From a virus (taxonomy: Duplodnaviria > Heunggongvirae > Uroviricota > Caudoviricetes), in the IMG/VR virus record IMGVR_UViG_2778261301_000001, positions 1 to 10,710 of that record: a stretch of DNA of 10,710 nt; one strand, written 5' to 3'. A program made the position numbers and the translations under genes. Under the pieces are notes generated by a model that was not told the DNA's origin, did no database searches, and saw only the letters and a list, made by a program, of their open reading frames with translations. Shown piece after piece: positions 6,991 through 10,710 of the stretch. The first letter of the stretch is position 1; each line of letters opens with the position of its first letter.

Positions 6991-7614
6991 CTAACGTGTG
7001 ACCGCATTCAAAATGTTGTCTGCGATTGACTCTTCTTTGTGGCATTGCACCACCAGAGCGTCATACAGCGGCTTAACAGTGCGTGACCAGGTGGGTTGAG
7101 TAAGGTTTGGGATTAGCATCGTTACAGCGCGATATGCGGCGCTTGCTGGCATCCTTGAATAACCGACGCCTTTGCATCTTCCGCATTCTTTCTCAACAAC
7201 TCTCCCCCACTGCTCTGTTTTTGCTATATCAACCGCACGGCCTGTACCGTGGCAATCTCTGCATCTTGCGCCCGGCGTCGCGGCACTACGGCAATAATCC
7301 GCATAAGCGAATGTTGCGAGCACTTGCAGTACCTTAGCCTTAGTATTTCCTTCGAGCTTTGCCACACCACGGTATTTCCCCGATACCTTGTGTGCAAATT
7401 GCATCAGATAGTTGATAGCCTTTTGTTTGTCGTTCTGGCTGAGTTCGTGCTTACCACAGAATGCAGCCATTCCGAATCCGGCTTGTGATTGCGCCATCCC
7501 CATAGCAGCCATCACATCAGTACCGGAAAGAGAGTCAGAAGCCGTAGCCCGTGGTGAGTCGCTCATCATCGGGCTTTTTGGCGAATGAAATTTAGCTACG
7601 CTTTCGAGTCTCAT
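6991..7614 (-). CDS. Q: Late-gene antiterminator Q (lambda-type)
   Basis: 207 aa, MRLESVAKFHSPKSPMMSDSPRATASDSLSG..., essentially identical to recalled lambda Q, with a zinc-binding CRDCHGTG...CGRCKG region. It sits immediately upstream of pR'. Confidence 0.95.
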   Translation of the reverse strand: MRLESVAKFHSPKSPMMSDSPRATASDSLSGTDVMAAMGMAQSQAGFGMAAFCGKHELSQNDKQKAINYLMQFAHKVSGKYRGVAKLEGNTKAKVLQVLATFAYADYCRSAATPGARCRDCHGTGRAVDIAKTEQWGRVVEKECGRCKGVGYSRMPASAAYRAVTMLIPNLTQPTWSRTVKPLYDALVVQCHKEESIADNILNAVTR

Positions 7615-7799
7615 GGCCTTCCCCTTTTGCCCTGTTTGACCATCAGGACGCCGTTAACTATTACGTGACGCTCGCCTTTGCTGTCTCGGTTGTACTTGAG
7701 CACTGTTCCTCTTGCGCAGGAAAGCATCCTCGCCACTTCGGTCTGATTGCCTCGTGTCTGGATAAGAAGCTCTGGTATCGTTTGAATTGTGGCGTTCAT
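7611..7799 (-). CDS. ninH: NinH-like small DNA-binding protein
   Basis: 62 aa, ..TIPELLIQTRGNQTEVARMLSCARGTVLKY.. resembles recalled lambda NinH (..TIPDMLVETYGNQTEVARRLKCSRGTVRKY..). ATGA overlaps with both the Q start and the rusA stop. Confidence 0.78.
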   Translation of the reverse strand: MNATIQTIPELLIQTRGNQTEVARMLSCARGTVLKYNRDSKGERHVIVNGVLMVKQGKRGRP

Positions 7800-8158
7800 A
7801 CGTTCTCCAGTTCGGTGATTTTTATTCCAAGCCTTCCGCCTGGTACTTTCACACCACGAATTACGCGAATGTCATCGAATTGCTCGTCGTCTTCCGCAAA
7901 TCCGGCGTGGATAAGTGAGTCGAGTAAACCTTTCAGGATGTTATCGAGGTCGCGGCGGCGGGAGTCTGGAACGTCTGCGATGACTTTGATGCGGAGTCGT
8001 GATTTGGTGAAAATGTCTAACTTGAGTTGGCGGATGATTTGCTGAACGTCTTTTCGGTATTTCTGACCTTTATCGCTGATGTAGTATTGGCTTCCCCGTC
8101 TTCGCCAGTAGGTATTCACCGACGGCGGGTAAGGAAGCACAAACTGATATTCGTTCAT
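7796..8158 (-). CDS. rusA: RusA-family Holliday junction resolvase
   Basis: 120 aa with LPYPPSVNTYWRRRG, DVPDSRRRDLDNILKGLLDSL and GGRLGIKITE, matching the conserved blocks of E. coli RusA (LPWPPSNNRYY..., PDRRRRDLDNLQK). Confidence 0.85.
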   Translation of the reverse strand: MNEYQFVLPYPPSVNTYWRRRGSQYYISDKGQKYRKDVQQIIRQLKLDIFTKSRLRIKVIADVPDSRRRDLDNILKGLLDSLIHAGFAEDDEQFDDIRVIRGVKVPGGRLGIKITELENV

Positions 8159-8445
8159 GGCTTAATCTTCCCCTCCTTCAGCAGTATCGCCTGCGTCCTG
8201 ATCACGCCTTCCAGGTGGTAAAGTCTGGCGTCTTTGTTGTCGAGGTTATGGGTGCGTCGGTCGATTTCATCGTGACACGCGCTACAAGCCCATGCGCCGA
8301 TCAGGTCGTCAGGCTTCATTCCCGTTCCGCAAATTCCAGCCATCCGGTAATGTGCCAGAACTGTAGTTTCAGGATTACCATTGCATACGCCGTAAATACG
8401 TACCTGGCATTCTCTGCCGCGCGCTTCTTTGCGTAGGTTAACCAT
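8155..8445 (-). CDS. YbcO-like protein (DUF1364, putative nuclease), nin region
   Basis: 96 aa, LRKEARGRECQVRIYGVCNGNPETTVLAHYR...ACSACHDEIDRRTH, closely resembling recalled DLP12 YbcO. Cys/His-rich motifs present. Confidence 0.75.
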   Translation of the reverse strand: MVNLRKEARGRECQVRIYGVCNGNPETTVLAHYRMAGICGTGMKPDDLIGAWACSACHDEIDRRTHNLDNKDARLYHLEGVIRTQAILLKEGKIKP

Positions 8446-9167
8446 TAAGCAGCCTCTCCTGTTACTTTCAGCATTCCGTTATCGAGCAGCTTTCTGGTCA
8501 GCCACTGTTGACCACGCCCGGTGATTTTTGTGGTGAACGATATCTGTATTCCGTGATTTGTGTTGACCGCTGTTTCTTTCACTGTGAAATAGCCGCGATC
8601 CATATATTCCTGCATTGGCACATTGCGCCGGGAACCTGAAGCAATAAGGATTTTGTGATCGCGCATCCACGCAAACAGTTTGTTTGGACCAATTCCAACA
8701 ACCTTTGCAAAGTTTCCAATCAAAATTCCGCTGGCCTCGCCAACGCGATCGGCAAACTCAACTTTAGGTGCGGCAATTGCGAGCTGGTTTTCCAGTTGCA
8801 TTTTCTGCTCAGCAAGATCAGCAGCAAGGCGCAACGCTTCTGGTAACGTTTTGGGGATATTAACCGCAGCTTCTTCAAGCTCTCGCCAACGGTCAACAAG
8901 ACGAGCGGTGAATTCCGGCGACAATTGGGCGACGACAATAATGCTGTCTCGCTTACCTTGTTCGCCTTCGAAGACATAAGCCTCGACACTACGGCGCAGC
9001 CCTAAGTTATTGATTTTTTCGAAAACCTGCAATGCAGGAAGTTGAATAACTCCAGATTTAGCCAGGCGCTCTATTGATATTTTTACGTTATCTGGACGAC
9101 TTCCCACCAACTCAGCGATTTCAATGCTTGTCATTTTGATGGCATTGCCATTTATTAACTCATTCAT
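8445..9167 (-). CDS. Rha-family phage regulatory protein with C-terminal KilA-C/ANT domain (putative antirepressor, Roi-like)
   Basis: 240 aa. The N-terminus (MTSIEIAELVGSRPDNVKISIERL) is Rha-like and the C-terminus (GNFAKVVGIGPNKLFAWMRDHKIL...VPMQEYMDRGYF) is KilAC-like. The domain assignment is from recalled Pfam patterns, not a search. Confidence 0.7.
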   Translation of the reverse strand: MNELINGNAIKMTSIEIAELVGSRPDNVKISIERLAKSGVIQLPALQVFEKINNLGLRRSVEAYVFEGEQGKRDSIIVVAQLSPEFTARLVDRWRELEEAAVNIPKTLPEALRLAADLAEQKMQLENQLAIAAPKVEFADRVGEASGILIGNFAKVVGIGPNKLFAWMRDHKILIASGSRRNVPMQEYMDRGYFTVKETAVNTNHGIQISFTTKITGRGQQWLTRKLLDNGMLKVTGEAA

Positions 9168-9336
9168 CGTCTTCTTCCTCGTACATTGAGCTATTCGGAT
9201 CGCTCATCAGTTCTGCGCAGCAATCGGAGCACACGTGAACTTCCAGCACATGCAGCTTCTGACCGCAGTTAGCGCACGTTAAAGCTCGCTCGACGCTTTC
9301 TTTCTGGTATTGAATGGATTGGGATGGGCTAAGCAT
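9160..9336 (-). CDS. ninF: NinF-like small zinc-ribbon protein
   Basis: 58-aa ORF below the ORF track's size cutoff: [58 protein letters not shown], with CxxC...C..CC. Its ATG overlaps the upstream stop (TAATG) and its TGA overlaps the Rha ATG in ATGAATGA. Resembles recalled lambda NinF. Confidence 0.7.
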   Translation of the reverse strand: MLSPSQSIQYQKESVERALTCANCGQKLHVLEVHVCSDCCAELMSDPNSSMYEEEDDE

Positions 9337-9701
9337 TATTGGATTCTCTGCATCATGAGAAAGACATTCATGGCGGCGCGGAGGGGATTTTCATGTATAG
9401 CTCGCTTAGATTTACAGTAGGCCACACCGCGTGCACCCCACTCGTCTTCATCGAGATTGATAATGCTAATCCTGTATTTTTCAATAATCGGCCATGCGTC
9501 TGCTGGGTTTGCGCATGGGTTAAAGGATCCGCGCTCAACTTCTACTTCAACTGCGTCTCCGTTTACAATGTCTCCCTCAAATGAGACAAACACCATATCG
9601 CCATTCTCACCTTCTTTGTAATCCGGTGATCCGTTATGAATGGCTTCGAATACCGCCACGTTAATTTCAAAATCACTTAACTGTGAATAATCCATTGTCA
9701 T
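9336..9701 (-). CDS. nin-region protein, NinX-like (DUF2591-type); family identity uncertain
   Basis: 121 aa from the ATG at 9701 ([22 protein letters not shown]...), which overlaps the NinE TGA as ATGA. The ORF track's 133-aa version starts upstream inside ninE. Gene is well supported by operon coupling; the NinX name is a tentative recollection. Confidence 0.6.
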   Translation of the reverse strand: MTMDYSQLSDFEINVAVFEAIHNGSPDYKEGENGDMVFVSFEGDIVNGDAVEVEVERGSFNPCANPADAWPIIEKYRISIINLDEDEWGARGVAYCKSKRAIHENPLRAAMNVFLMMQRIQ

Positions 9702-9874
9702 TTCCTCGCACGATGTCTTAGCCACCGGATATCCCACAGGTGAGCCGTGTAGTTGAAGGTTTTTACATCAGATTCTTTTGGGATTGGCTTGCGTTTATTT
9801 CTGGAGCGTTTCGTTGGAAGGTATTTGCAGTTTTCGCAGATGATGTCGGTGAAACTTCGTCGCTGTCGCCTCAT
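9698..9874 (-). CDS. ninE: NinE-like protein
   Basis: 58-aa ORF not in the ORF track: [58 protein letters not shown], closely resembling recalled lambda NinE. ATGA overlap with the ninB stop. Confidence 0.75.
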   Translation of the reverse strand: MRRQRRSFTDIICENCKYLPTKRSRNKRKPIPKESDVKTFNYTAHLWDIRWLRHRARK

Positions 9875-10281
9875 TCGTACCTCCTGTCGGTAAATCTGAC
9901 ACCCTGACCAATAGCCCAGGCTGTTGTGTACTCAATCAGACTTGCCATACGCTTCACACTCATCTGCGCGCTGCTTTCGCGAATGTTGACGTATTCGCCT
10001 TCAAGCCCGGGCAAAACATCAGCTTCCTGCTTTGTTGCCACTGCATGACCGCTGATCAACAAAACCTTCCATTGTTCTGGTTTTAACCATTTATCGCGCC
10101 ACTGAACTTGCCTAGCGATATCCGCCAGCATCGCGTGAAATTTTGCGTTCTGGTCAAGGTTGCGCTTGTAGTCAGTAATGCGGATGGTGACTGGCTTGTC
10201 TTTATCGAGTGGTGTTGCGAGGATGGCGTTGATTGCGGCTTGCTGTTGTTGCTTAGTTCGGAGGAAGATTGTTTGCTTCAT
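9871..10281 (-). CDS. ninB: NinB-family protein (Orf-like recombination mediator)
   Basis: 136 aa from the internal ATG at 10281 ([20 protein letters not shown]...), with AAGGAG 6 nt upstream. Resembles recalled lambda NinB (LDQN(R/A)K, QV.W...WL..E.WK). The ORF track's upstream extension is unlikely. Confidence 0.8.
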   Translation of the reverse strand: MKQTIFLRTKQQQQAAINAILATPLDKDKPVTIRITDYKRNLDQNAKFHAMLADIARQVQWRDKWLKPEQWKVLLISGHAVATKQEADVLPGLEGEYVNIRESSAQMSVKRMASLIEYTTAWAIGQGVRFTDRRYE

Positions 10282-10283
10282 CG

Positions 10284-10472
10284 TTACTCCTTCACTTTGA
10301 CTCCGGCGGTGCGAACTGCGGCCATCCAAGCCCTGTATCTCTTGTTTATTTCAACTCGTTTATACACAATCACGCCCAAAATATTCTTGCTTCTCATTTG
10401 TCGAATGAAGCAAGCGGAGACACCAAGTTCATCAGCGCACCAATCTTCAAATCTCTCTAAGTTATCGTCCAT
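10284..10472 (-). CDS. Small hypothetical protein, possible HTH regulator (Ren/NinA position)
   Basis: 62 aa from the first ATG (10472): MDDNLERFEDWCADELGVSACFIRQMRSKNILGV... Its stop lies within the ninB ribosome-binding site and the upstream stop is 1 nt from its ATG. Family not recognised. Confidence 0.45.
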   Translation of the reverse strand: MDDNLERFEDWCADELGVSACFIRQMRSKNILGVIVYKRVEINKRYRAWMAAVRTAGVKVKE

Positions 10473-10473
10473 A

Positions 10474-10633
10474 TCAATCACCGTTAATCGTTTCACTCAC
10501 GAATCTGACAAAACCAGCCATGTTTATTTGCATGAGTTTTTTCAACACCTTGTCTCGTCGGCTACGTTTTGGTTTTGGCCTGTGGTTGAATCTTTCACAA
10601 ACTGGAAGGCTTGATGATTTCCAGTACCTATTA
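10474..10633 (-). pseudogene. 3' remnant (51 codons) of a phage gene interrupted by the right-hand IS insertion
   Basis: The minus-strand frame is open from the IS junction (10633) to a TGA at 10474-10476: ..NRYWKSSSLPVCERFNHRPKPKRSRRDKVLKKLMQINMAGFVRFVSETINGD*. There is no upstream start within phage DNA, and the stop is 1 nt from the next gene's ATG. The parent gene is unknown (replication-region position). Confidence 0.4.
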
Positions 10634-10710
10634 TGAACCGCCCCGGGAATCCTGGAGACTAAACTTCCTGAGAAAGAGGTAAACAGGATGACTAAAAATA
10701 CTCGTTTTTC
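10634..10710 (+). mobile_element. Left terminus (IRL plus first codons of orfA) of a second IS629-like IS3-family copy, inverted relative to the copy at 1-77; body off-window to the right
   Basis: TGAACCGCCCCGGGAATCCTGGAGACTAAACTTCCTGAGAAAGAGGTAAACAGG then ATGACTAAAAATACTCGTTTTTC (orfA start at 10688). Exact reverse complement of 1-77. Confidence 0.75.

Noticed and set aside
1-10710. Interpreting the IS-bracketed segment as an active composite transposon
   Set aside because: Only 77 nt of each IS is visible and both visible ends are left ends facing inward. Transposition competence and target-site duplications cannot be judged from this window; only the inverted-repeat arrangement is reported.
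1-10710. CRISPR arrays, tRNA or rRNA genes, and tandem repeats
   Set aside because: No spaced direct repeats, no cloverleaf-compatible segments and no rRNA-like sequence were seen on either strand.

Overview
This window is a mosaic lambdoid (P22/Sf6-like) prophage segment, with every credible gene on the minus strand, bracketed by two inverted copies of an IS3-family (IS629-like) element. Reading in the direction of transcription (right to left): a 3' remnant of a gene cut by the right-hand IS, a nin-region operon (small HTH ORF, NinB, NinE, NinX-like, NinF, Rha/KilAC antirepressor-like, YbcO-like, RusA, NinH), the late antiterminator Q, the late promoter pR' with a promoter-proximal terminator, a lambda-type lysis cassette (S, R, Rz with embedded Rz1), an AT-rich moron encoding a T5orf172 (GIY-YIG-like) domain protein, an 80-aa hypothetical, then Sf6-type small and large terminase and a portal gene whose 3' end is fused to the left-hand IS. 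The first 77 nt and last 77 nt of the window are exact reverse complements, each carrying the IS end (TGAACCGCCCCGGG...) and the start of its orfA (MTKNTRF...). No rRNA, tRNA or CRISPR array was found. All homology statements rest on recalled protein families and motifs read from the translations; no database search was run. The best candidate for something undescribed is the moron at 4575..4997, which also has an in-frame TGA where the family's conserved Trp is expected.
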